Positions 1 through 10,533 of a stretch of 19,707 bases of DNA are shown piece after piece. The stretch comes from Azolla caroliniana (lineage: Eukaryota; Plantae; Polypodiophyta): positions 1 through 19,707 of the forward strand of contig JBHGNT010000592.1 in NCBI GenBank assembly GCA_043228905.1. Direction: 5' to 3'. The number at the start of each line of letters is the position of its first letter. The stretch's first letter is position 1. The translations under genes and the position numbers were made by a program. The notes beneath the pieces were generated by a model. It made no database searches, was not told the origin of the DNA, and was given only the letters and a program-made list of their open reading frames with translations.

Positions 1-1771
1 AAACATCGTCAATCCCTGTCGTTTGATTTTGCAAAGGTTGATAGTTTGGGCCTGAAAAAGGTTTCCATGACCAGAACGACAAGTCTACAAAGTAGTCTTA
101 ATATTGACACAGATAGGCCCGTGGCAAGGGAGTTGGACACTGGTAGTGAGCAGTCAGATGGATATGTTTCACAGGCAGAAACAGATGGTTCACAAGCAAG
201 TATGATAGAACATACGACATACATTGAAAAAGTGAAGCAACAAAGTTCTGTGGATCTAAGGTATTTCGCCTAATATTGTCTTTCCTCTAGTTAGAAATCA
301 TTTTTGTTCTGCTGATTTTCATTGTGTTCCTCGTAGAAAACCACCTCAACCAGAAAGGCCGCCCTCGACAAAGGGTGAAAGGAAACCAAGTAGTTTTGGG
401 CAGATAAACTCTCAGAGTAGGCGGCAAACCATGTCTGTGTCAACTGTTTCGTTAGGAGGGGGTACATCTTACAAAAAGCAACATCTTCAAGGGAAGCGCG
501 GGGCTGAATCCAGCTGTAAGTATAAAGACGATAGCTTGTCATGTAGCTAGTTTCAAAATGGTTTTAGATTTAACATCTTCTACTCATTATGGATGATTGA
601 GTTTTATTTTAGATATGGTTGCGTTGCTTGAAAATCCACACACCTCAACATTCTTATAATTTTAAGCCTTGCTGATTCTTTTGTCTTTCATAAGCTTTAC
701 CTCCAGTTAGATGTCTGATAATTGTTTCAATGGGTAGGGCCAAATTTGATTATATTTTGCATCTTTCTCTTATGGATGGATGTCAAGGGTTGGTCTGACA
801 TGACTTGGTTCTTGATACTCGTTTATAACTTTTGCATGGGGATGAATAACAATGAAGTCTTGGGGTTCTATTTGTAGGACTCTTTTAACTGCTCTCCAAC
901 TAAATTTGCACTCAGATGTTGGAGGTCCAATCTTTTAGGCTGGACACTAAGGGATAAGTACACAATATTGATTGTTTTACTCAGTTCTGTAATGTATAAA
1001 GCTTGGGAACAAACTCTGAAGTAATATTAGCCGACTTGCAAGTAATATGAAACTCGAAACCATAATGGTTCTTGCTCATAATCCAATATTTGGGCTGAAT
1101 GGTTCTTTCGATTTTGTCAAAGGACCAATTATTGTTTCAAGTGGAATGTCCAAGTTTCTTGAAACTGAGCTATAAAGTTACCTTGTTCAAGCCGTTCTTT
1201 AGGAAGAGCAATCTGGAACGTGGCTTGAATATTGATGTCAAGGGTAGACTACTTGATGGTAAGAATCCCCACCCATCAGAGTTTTGATGGTATGACCAGT
1301 AGGTAATTGCTTTCAGATTGATGGTGGGATATGTATGCTGAGTGCTTATGGTGTATTCTCAAAGTGTGACTGTAAATGGTGTATCTGGCAATCCTAGAAT
1401 CATGGTAGTAAACTATATCCCGTTGTCATAAGGATATGGGAACAGGTGTCACGTGGAAATGTGGGTGTAAGCTAATTGGCAATGGTACATATAGATTAGT
1501 ATTACTGTCACCATGGACATTGAGTTATGTATGTCATTGAGTAACTCGACCACCTCCATGAGATCATTGTGTAGGGTTGGTACAATAGTGTATAGCTGAG
1601 TAATCATTCTTTCATATTTTGAACTCTTTCAAATAACATTAAAAATAATGACAATGTGGGTTTCATGTTATACATATTTACAATCCTTTTGTGTTAACAG
1701 TTGTACCTCTGGATGCTACAGCAGCAAAACTTAATGGTACTGTGTACAAAAGTTCAAAGCGGTGGGTGTAG
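1..1771 (+). CDS. 3' part of a spliced gene, probable plant kinesin-14 (KCH/KIN14-type) C-terminal tail; exons <1-260, 337-515, 1701-1771 (stop TAG 1769-1771)
   Basis: Frame open from base 1. GT-AG introns 261-336 (phase 2) and 516-1700 (phase 1) join in frame: ...SEQSDGYVSQAETDGSQASMIEHT...VDLR/KPPQPERPPSTKGERKP...GAESS/FVPLDATAAKLNGTVYKSSKRWV*. The SDG..S..ETDGS..S..E.T motif and terminal SSKRW match my recollection of plant kinesin-14 tails. The motor domain would lie upstream of the window, so the family call rests on tail motifs only. Confidence 0.72.
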
Positions 1772-2082
1772 CTTAATATTTTTTATCTCAACATTTTGGG
1801 GGAATTGTATACAGAGTCTAAACGTTTTGGTCCCCTTTGGTTGGAATTTGGATTCAATAAACAATTAGTTGAATCAAGAATTTGTATAGAAATGTGTTGT
1901 ACGATGTATTTGCATCTCTTTTTTTTCTTGATGATTACCCAAGTAGTTAACACATACATAGCTACAGCATTGTTCTCCATGAACCACAAAGCAAACAAGC
2001 AATAAAGAAAAGCTGCATAGGCAATGGGACGTGTCTTTATGTGATGAATTACATGATTACATACTGCCCCTGAAAGAAATGA

Positions 2083-2340
2083 AACACAGAAACAGACCAA
2101 GAAAAGTCAGTTTTGTTTCTGGTCTGGCCAAAAAATACGAATAGTGCATGGCAGTGCTCACTCATCCACTCTGGCTAGCTGATTTGGATAGTAGATGCTC
2201 AAGGTAATAATCATGGTTAAATGTATTGGAGTCTTGATTTACATAGATAAGAATCCTAATCTACAGCTGTGTTGATAAGAACCCTCATCTAACTTGCAGT
2301 TGCTAGGAACTCTAATCTGATCAGCTGTAAATGAAAACCT
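2083..2340. repeat. Copy 1 of a ~260-bp diverged direct repeat (copy 2 at 3042-3311)
   Basis: Colinear similarity throughout, including an identical core TAGTAGATGCTCAAGGTAATAATCATGGTTAAA and TCTTGATTTACATAGATAAGA in both copies. Confidence 0.9.
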
Positions 2341-2357
2341 TTATCTGAACCGCAGTA
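2246..2357. repeat. Degenerate 28-bp tandem array (4 units, partial 5th)
   Basis: Units: GATAAGAATCCTAATCTACAGCTGTGTT / GATAAGAACCCTCATCTAACTTGCAGTT / GCTAGGAACTCTAATCTGATCAGCTGTA / AATGAAAACCTTTATCTGAACCGCAGTA. Confidence 0.7.
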
Positions 2358-2771
2358 TGTGAGAACCTTGTATCCATGGTGGTCTACAAACAATTGAACC
2401 CCTTCTAATGCCTGAATTTGGTGTCATTTAATCTAGTGATGTTTGTCATATCCAGAGGGAGCCTTACAATGTTGTACATCATTAGTAGCATACTAAGTTG
2501 TTGAGAAGTGGGCATTTGTAATGGAATCATGTTTGTTTTTATAGCATTGTTTGTGGCTAGGTAGCACCTTAGTTTGTGGATAAACCAGAGTACACTTTGC
2601 AGCTTCCCTACTATTGACAATTAGAGTGGATATCCATGCTTGGTGACCTTCACAACCCATGAGTGAAATGGTTGAGATGAGGGTTGAAAAGAGAGGTTTC
2701 ACATCCTACCATTTTCCTACATTGGTAGCAAACTCAAGAACTTAGTATGACATCACATTAACTTAGATAAT

Positions 2772-3012
2772 ATGTGTGAGATTGCATGCCAAAACTACAA
2801 CCCTCTAAAGAGAAGGGGAAGGGAACATTTTGTTGAAGAGGCAAGGTGGTGATCCAAGAGCAACAAACTGTAAGACGTTGCCAAGACTTATAACATGTGT
2901 GAGATTGCATGCCAAAACTACAACCCTCTAAAGAGAAGGGGAAGGGAACATTTTGTTGAAGAGGCAAGGTGGTGATCCAAGAGCAACAAATTGTAAGACA
3001 TTGCCAAGACTT
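2772..3012. repeat. Near-perfect tandem duplication, period 123 bp (2772-2889 and 2895-3012)
   Basis: ATGTGTGAGATTGCATGCC...TTGCCAAGACTT occurs twice with two substitutions (C>T, G>A). Confidence 0.95.
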
Positions 3013-3041
3013 GTGTCATTGTAATGATAGTTGAAGAGGAC

Positions 3042-3311
3042 AACACAAAAATAGACCAATAAAAGTCAAAATTCTGTTTCTGGTTTGGCCAAAAGATACA
3101 ACGAATAGTTGATTGTGCTCACTGATGCACTCCGGCTAGCTTCAATGGTTATTTGCATAGTAGATGCTCAAGGTAATAATCATGGTTAAAAATATGGGAT
3201 TCTTGATTTACATAGATAAGATCTCTAATCTATAGCTCGTAGTTGATAAGAACCTTCATCTAACTTGCAATTGCAAGGAACCCTAATATGATTTGTGGTA
3301 AACTAAAACCT
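3042..3311. repeat. Copy 2 of the ~260-bp diverged direct repeat
   Basis: Aligns to 2083-2340 and ends next to the minus-strand LINE fragment. Confidence 0.9.
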
Positions 3312-3324
3312 AATGTAAGGTTGA

Positions 3325-4520
3325 TCTTTTTTAGGCTCTTCACAAGCATGATATTTGTTTTATAGCTATTGACACTTAATTTAATACGTAAGGAAAACTT
3401 TTCAAATGCTTTCATAAATAAGCTTTTGTGCAACTCTTGGTATTTGTAAAAAAATGTTACGTCATTATAATAAAAGCATAAAAGCATAAAAGCATGATGA
3501 TTACATTCATAGTGGCAACTTCTTTTAAAAACATTCCCTTACAAACTTCGCAAACATTTTTTCCAAATCATCAATGCATACACCAAATAGAGTTGGTGAG
3601 AGCAGGTATCATTGCTTAACACCAATAGTGCTACTGTAAAAATATAAAAGTTTATCACCCATATACACACAAACCCATATACACACAAGTTACAACATAT
3701 AACCTTGTCATAGATTTGTGAAATTGCAAGCATATATTCACTTCCAAAGATGCTCACGGAGTACCATATTAAAAGCTTGCTTGAAGTCTACGAAGCAACA
3801 ATATAAATTTTTACCTCTCAAATGTCTTTCCTTGATTAATGCTCGAAGGGTGACCATGTGATCAATGGTGTTATGATGTTTGTGAAAGTTAGCTTGTCCA
3901 TAAGCTCTCTTACCATTATTTTGAGCCCATACACTTATATTTGGTTCCATTATACATCCAAATAGTTTTGCCATTAGCTAGCCAACCATGGTGGTTTGAT
4001 AGTTGTTTGATCCAATTTGTGGTCCAACTGTATTGCATGCCATGTTGCTATGCATGATTAAACATATCTTATCCATGCATGTGCTTCCTTTCCCATCCAT
4101 TTGAGCATTTTGGTCGTTATAATTGAAAGTTGCTTGCCTTTTATATATTCAATTGTAAAGAAGGGAGATATATGTGAAAGATAACACATTATGTTTTTGG
4201 CGAGAGATAACTCATATAAATTCTTACAATTTATAAACAAGTCAAGAAGAGTCTAGTGACCATAACTCTCAACACATCTCCCCTTTAGATTTCCCCAAAA
4301 TTTAGCACATGCATGAGTTTTCTCTTGTGTTTCGAGTAATTGTTAATTAACTTCCCATGCTCTTCTCTTTCCTTGAATAAGCCTTTTGTATTCATGCAAA
4401 TGTGGGTGTTTATGTACTCTCCTCTTTAATCTCCCAAATGACAATGGTCTTTGATTGTCGTTCATATTCTTTCAATTCTCAAACATCAATGCTTTCTACA
4501 TTCTTCCCTTGATTCACATT
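3325..4520 (-). mobile_element. Decayed non-LTR retrotransposon (LINE, possibly RTE-like) fragment: linker plus reverse transcriptase
   Basis: Minus-strand translation across frameshifts: YKRLIQGKRRAWE..KFWGNLKG, MLKWMGKEAHAWI, RAYGQANF..HNTIDHMVTLRALI..LYCCFVDFKQAFNMVLREHLW, STIGVKQ*YLLSPTLFGVCIDDL, YNDV (decayed YADD), KLSVNSYKTNIMLV. Boundaries approximate. Confidence 0.85.
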
Positions 4521-4706
4521 TCTTATAGAGAGAGAGAGAATTTAAAAACTAATCTATCAACCAATGTAATAGGTCATCTAGGCCTAGTAAGGGAGGTTGA
4601 GGTGTCATGATGGCAACGAGCATTTGTCAAAATGTATGTAGCGGTTTTTACATACAATTAATTTAATTGTGTGGTTTACACACACACACAAATATTGTTA
4701 TTAATC

Positions 4707-4776
4707 AATATTTATGGTGCTCACTAATGATGTATACGTTAAGTTGGATGAAGATAGAGTTTGGTTAGCAAATGAG
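4707..4776 (+). mobile_element. Putative left piece of LINE-B (5'-truncated LINE split by the LINE-A insertion)
   Basis: Reads MVLTNDVYVKLDEDRVWLANE and joins in frame with VLDTWHITRHVKQWCRVLDARWHSHV at 9896, giving the Y..L....W....W....W pattern that precedes a LINE zf-RVT region. Confidence 0.5.
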
Positions 4777-4862
4777 TTTTTTTTTTTTTTTCCACAAAAA
4801 CTATACTCCATTGGTATTAAAATTAACAATGCCAAAGGCAATATACAATTTGTACATAATAG

Positions 4863-6144
4863 AATAGTGAAACGATGCAGCAAACAGGAAAAGAACAGGT
4901 CGTGTATGGCGCAAGCAGTGCGACCACAGAAACATGTGATCCCAACACGAGCAGGAGGTCGATTGTGGACCAGCCTCTTACTTCATTTGCAGCTGGATTG
5001 CATACGCGAGCAGGGGAGTCTAGTGCACGCCCCCAATTTTCGCCTCATTTCAATGATGAGACAATCGACCTAGTGTTATCGGAGGAGGATCGAGCTGTAG
5101 TTTTGGGCGAGGTACAGGGTTTGAGATTAAATAAATCAGAACTTCGGCATACTATGTACGCGGTTTTCTCAGAGGAAGCGGATAAGATAATCGATATTCA
5201 ATTCATGTCTCGGGATGTTACCATGTGGAATTTGCAAGTGACGAGGCCGTCACAAGGCTACTAGCAATTAAGGAGGCGGGCGTGGAAGGTGCATGGGTAT
5301 CTTTTCATAAATGGTCTCATAATGTTAAGGTAGATGACATATTGCAAGATCAGGAATCTAGTATGGTGTTTATGGCGATATTCCCCGGATTAAGGAAGGA
5401 ATGGAGGAATGTTCTTCCTTGTATTGGGACCTTGTTAGGTAAGCTCATTGTTACGTGTGAGGGACAGGTGGGTGGGGTACCTATTGTTCGGTTGATCGCA
5501 CCAATATCTGTTCGGTTGTCGTCAACTTTGCTTTACCTAACTTACTTATAAATAAATCACCGGTTGTGCAAAAGGTATATTATCAAGGTTTACCTAATCA
5601 ATGTTTTGTGTATCGACGGTTTGGTCATTTAGGTAGAGATTGTTAGAAGCATCGGCCGAATGTTGAAGCACATGCACCTACTCGACCGAAAGTTAATAAT
5701 GAGGGCTAGTCTACAATTGCTGCTAAACATGTTTTTAAATCGACTAGTAAGTTGGTTAATCCAGTGTTATTACTTGAAGCTAACCCTTATCACTCTTTGC
5801 AGGAAACGGAAAAGGAGGTGGGGATTAGTAAAGTGGATGGCAGTTTTTCCCTCCCAATTTTCACAAAAGAGCAACATAATTCGAAAGACACATTTTCGAA
5901 GGTACAAGATGTAGAATATGTTTTTAAGGTTAATAAACAATTTAGTAACGATAAACAACTATTTTTAGATCAAGTACAACAAATTGATAGATCCGTAGCT
6001 TTCGAAGAGTTTAAAAAGAAAAAGACTGGGAAAGACATTTGGTCAAATAAGAGACAATTACGGGCCTCAGAGGATGGAAGGAAGGGTAGAGACGTTGCAC
6101 TTGCCGAAAGGAGAGTAGGAGTGCAAAACGTGAATGATGGATAG
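4863..6144 (+). pseudogene. LINE-A ORF1 (gag-like RNA-binding protein with CCHC zinc knuckle), frameshifted, probably 5'-truncated
   Basis: ORF pieces 4875-5264, 5225-5551 and 5752-6144 are linked by frameshifts and stops. KVYYQGLPNQ then CFVYRRFGHLGRDC (5602-5643) is CX2CX4HX4C with one C>Y change. The stop TAG 6142-6144 overlaps the ORF2 ATG at 6134. Confidence 0.8.
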
Positions 6145-9100
6145 GTTAAATATTATTTCATGGAATGTACGGGGCTTGGGAGGCAAACATTACCTTAAAG
6201 TAAGGAGTGTTTTCCGTCGTCACTTAAGGAAGTCTTTGATAGGTAGAATTGATGTTCTTCTTATTCAAGAGCATCATTTAAATGAACAAAGGATACAAAG
6301 ATATGGAAATTTGTTGACAGGCCAGTGGAGACAGTTCTGGGTGCTTGCAACTGAGGATAATAATCTGAAGGCAGGACTTTGCATTGCAATAAATGACATT
6401 TGGTGCTCTGCTTTCTTACATTACAGAGTCTTGACTTGTGGTAGAGGTCATTATGTAATTCTACAAATTGGTTTGAAAAATTGGGGTTTGTTGAATATAT
6501 ATGCACCTAATCATACTAAAGATAGAACGATATTTTGGAAGAGCCTAATGGCACAATTACCGGTTGTTGACCACTAGGCAATTGCAGGTGATTTTAATAT
6601 GTCGGAGAATGGGTATGATAGGTTAGGAGGCACATCACAAACAATATCCGGTTTAGAATTATATGAATGGGAACGTTTAATTTTTTCTTTAGGTTTATTG
6701 GACTTGTGGCATGTGTCTTCTTTTGCAAGGATACAAGATTCCTTAGAGTATTCAAGATCAGATAGAAGACAGTCACATGCAAATTTGTCTAGGTTAGATA
6801 GATTCTATGCTAATAAATTTTTATGGGACAAAGGAGGTTCCATTGGAATCATACCTTCATTTTCCTTTTCTGATCATGCACCGCTTTGGTTAGTTATAGT
6901 CTTACAGGAGCATTATAAGAACTCAAGGTTTAGAATTCTGAATCATGTGTTTCTTAGCCAAGATTGTTCTCCTATTGTGCATAATATTTGGAATAAGTAT
7001 GATTACTCCTAAGATTATGCATTATATAGTGTCCAAAAGGCTATTAGTGAAACAAAACAATTTTTTAACAGTAAGGCTAAACAAGTATTTTATGCGTCTT
7101 TAACTAAAATAGGTAGGCTTCGTAGGGGATTGAAATTCCTGCAACATTTGCAAGAGAGAAGATCATATTCGAGTTATATAAGTTCTCGAGTGGTACAAGT
7201 AGGGAATCAAATATTGGACTTAGAAAAGATTTCTGTTGATTTTAATTATCACAATATATCATCCACATGGGCAAAATCGGGAGATAAAGTGAATAAGTTG
7301 TTCTTTGCAGTGCATAATCATCATCAATCATCAACTAGGATTTCTAGATTAAAATGTCTTGATGGCTCCTATACCACTGATCCTAGTCAGATGCGACTAA
7401 TAGCCTCTGATTATTATGAGGCTTTGTTAAAAGCTAGACCCTTTTCTAAGCCTGATTTGGTTAAGGGGGACATCATATCGTCTAGGATTCATAATAGGGT
7501 TTGTGGAAATCTTTTAGGTTGTCTTTTACAACCATTAAGTCCTCAAGAGGTTTTTAAAACAGTAAAAGCCCTTGCAAAGGATGTTTGTTCTAGTTTGGAT
7601 GGGTTGTGAGTTCAATGGTATATCCAGTATTGGGATTTGATAGGTGATGGGTTGACCAAAGCCTATCAACATATTTTAGATTCTGGAAATATGCCACAAG
7701 AATGGAAGGAGGGTTTAATCTATATGATTCCTAAAACAAGTGGACAGTTAGAAGAGCTTAGCCATTGGAGACCAATCACCTTGTTGAATGTTATTTATAA
7801 GATATTAGTAAAAACGATAACTAGACGGTTACAACCAGACTGGTTTTTTACAAGAGCAAAGTATCTTTGATAATATTATTCTCTTTTGGGAAATGGTGAC
7901 CTTCGCTGAACTGCAAAAGCAAGATCTGGCGGTGTTATTTCTTGATTTTGAAAAAGCTTACGACAGAGTGGACTGGGATTTTATGGAGGGAACACTCTTC
8001 AGGATGAGTTTCCCAAGCACGTGGATACAAGGAGTTTCAACATTATATCGTAATGCAAATAATTCTCTCTTATTTGCAGGGGACATTGGTAGGCGGTTTT
8101 CTATTTCAAGATCTGTACGGTAGGGATGTCCACTTGCTCCTTTCCTGTTTTTGCTAGTATCTAAAGCATTTTCTGTACATTTAAATTCTCAATATGTAAA
8201 TATTAAAGGTTTAGCACTACCAGTGGCAAATGTTGGTGTGGATAGCAAATTCGTTGATGATACAACTTTATATGTTCAGGCCTCCCATTGTAATTTGTTA
8301 TAGGTGCAAAAGGCCGTGGATGATTTCTCAGATGCATTAGGTGCATTGATAAATTGGGATAAATCATCAGGTTTTTGGGTTGCTTCGGGAGATTTGCCAG
8401 TTAATGTACCTTCCTTAGGATTCACATGGATACCTCAAGGTCAATCTATTAGGTATCTAGGTTGTTGAGTGGGTGTGGGATTAAAGACAGAATATATGAT
8501 TGTGCCCTTATTGTTAAGATTAAGAAATAAATTAGTTATTGGAATAAAGAAAAATTATCCTTAGCTGGACGGGTAGTTGTAGCTAATTCAGTGTTGTTGT
8601 CCTCGATTTGGTATATAGCATCTACATGGTTGTTTTCTAGGTCAATAATGTTGAAAGTTCAACGTTTAGTACGGAATTTTATTTAGGGGAACAATAGGTC
8701 AGACAATTTTGTAGCAAAGGTAGCTTGGTCTGTTCTAATACAACTTAAACAAAAAGGAGGTTTAGGTTCGATTGATCCATTTATGCAAAGCAAAGCTTTA
8801 CTTACTAAACATGTTGTTAGGAGTTTATTGCTAGGAGAGGAGTTATGGAAACAACTATGGATTCAACATTTACATAAGGTCAAGCCTTTAATAGGTGGTC
8901 AATGGAAGGATAGTCTTAGATGGTTCTTTAATGCAGATTTCCAGCTACCTAAGTCCAATGATGGATCGTTGCGTTTCTTCAATGGAATTTTTCGGGCATG
9001 GGAAAGTCTTCGGCAAGCACTTGTTTTCTTGCCACCGAAAAGCTATCATCAATTTATGCGTCAACCATTGATATGGAATCCTTTATTTATTGATGAAGCT

Positions 9101-9890
9101 CCGTGTGTTTTGGGTTTACCCCCTAGGTATCATGGGCTACAATGGACAATGGACCAGCTCGTACGGTTGCGGATTGGATAAAGTTTATGCAGTCCTCTAC
9201 ACAGGATCAAAGGAATAGGTTATCTAACTTAAGAGGGGCTCAGATCATGTTATCACAATTGTCCACGGTGTATCAGGTCACAGTGCCAACATTGCAATTC
9301 GATCATTTTCAGAGTTGGTACGATATGTTCTCGACACTCAATATACTCATAGGAGCTCGGTTATATCATCAAAATGGCAACCTCTATTTTTATGAAGTTT
9401 TGGACAATGGTAGGTTGATACTAGTGGATGAGGAGTCTCCAATCATGTCCGTTGCGAAGCAATTGCCAGTGTGAGTAATTGCTAGATTAGATAAAAATAT
9501 ATATATATTGATCCTAGTCCACTAATTGCTAATTTCTCATCTCATATTTTAGTATTAGACTCTAAACCAATTGATGACCTGCAGTGGGATCCAATGGATT
9601 ATGGTTGGAAATTGTCCATGTTTGACTCTTCGACTAATGTCCTTCCTTTCTTCACATATTCAGTGGCATTTGGCAGGAATTTTATGTTGAAGCAGACCGA
9701 GGTGATACCTGCTAGAAAAAAGTATTGGGAGGAAGGTAATGTTTCATCTGCTCATATGGTGATGTTTTGGAAACAGTTTTGATCAATTAAATGCATGAAT
9801 AAGATATTGCATTTTCGGTGGTTGATGATTCATTATGCATTGCCAGTAGGTGATTTGTTGAGGGGATCGGTGAGTAATCGGTCATATATT
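6134..9890 (+). pseudogene. LINE-A ORF2 (apurinic-type endonuclease + reverse transcriptase), multiple stops and frameshifts
   Basis: EN motifs: ISWNVRGLG, LIQEHHL, LNIYAPN, GDFN, SRLDRFY, SDHAPL. RT motifs: WRPITLLNVIYKIL, FLDFEKAYDRVDWDF, SVR*GCPLAPFLF (stop 8121-8123), FVDD (8250-8261), LSLAGRVVVANSVL, KVAWSVL..KQKGGLG. Breaks off just after WLMIHYALPVG. Confidence 0.93.
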
Positions 9891-10521
9891 ATGTGGTTTT
9901 GGATACATGGCACATTACTCGACATGTAAAGCAGTGGTGTCGAGTTTTAGATGCAAGATGGCATTCTCATGTACAAAGATATTTCTTTGTTGTGAGATGG
10001 TCGGTGGGTTGCCTTTGGCGATGGCTTTAAAAGGAAGTCGTATTTTGAATGGGACATGTTTTTTTGTAAAGTGGTTGGTGAAGATGATAAACATAGATTC
10101 ATTACATGCTTGATTATTAAAGCCATTTGGGTGGTTATATCACAACTTCGGGCATTAGTAACAAGAAGTGGGGTTTCATTGATGTTGTTAGAGCTTTACC
10201 AACCCCATCGTATAATGTGGTGTTTGACCACCTTAGGTATTGTGGGGCATGCTTTAACGAGACCATGAGAATGGGTTCTTGTTTGATGGACTTTGTGGGG
10301 TTCCATAACAACTCCTTAAACTAAAAGGAATGATGATTTGGCAATTTTCGTAGCTAAGTTGTATGGGGACATTGTCTCGAGATGAGGTAGATTTATGTCA
10401 TCTAGTAATACAACACTTGAGAGGGTTTACCTTGCCATATCGCTACTAATGAAGTAGTGGGGGTAGCAAGGGTTGTATTATCACTTGGTTTATAACAAAC
10501 ATAGATTTATAAGAAGAAGAG
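9891..10521 (+). mobile_element. LINE-B 3' end (zf-RVT-like C-terminus, short 3'UTR, A-rich/AAG tail), a different family from A and C
   Basis: Across frameshifts: WCRVLDARWHS, KIFL..MVGGLPL, GTCFFCKVVGEDDKHRFITC..KAIW, VFDHLRY, GFLFDG. Stop TAA 10447-10449, then ...TTTATAAGAAGAAGAG. Confidence 0.7.
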
Positions 10522-10533
10522 AGATCATTAATC

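Larger units (their letters stand above)
4777..9890 (+). mobile_element. LINE-A: decayed L1-clade retrotransposon; ORF1+ORF2 body on + (~4863-9890), with poly(A) tail and 3'UTR on - (4777-~4862)
   Basis: ORF1 with zinc knuckle, ORF2 with APE endonuclease, RT and the start of zf-RVT. T15 at 4777-4791 is followed by sequence whose reverse complement resembles the LINE-C 3'UTR. Assigning that tail to this element is inference. Confidence 0.9.

Noticed and set aside
46-273. 75-aa ORF as a stand-alone gene
   Set aside because: It is an internal exon open from base 1; its stop lies inside intron 261-336.
1099-1287. 62-aa ORF in the long kinesin intron as an extra exon
   Set aside because: No recognisable motif, and the flanking exons already join in frame without it.
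2246-2380. Periodic 28-bp units as a CRISPR-like array
   Set aside because: Eukaryotic context, no constant repeat with unique spacers, no cas genes.
2758-2967. ORF with an internal 41-aa repeat
   Set aside because: By-product of the 123-bp DNA duplication; no real ATG start or homology recognised.
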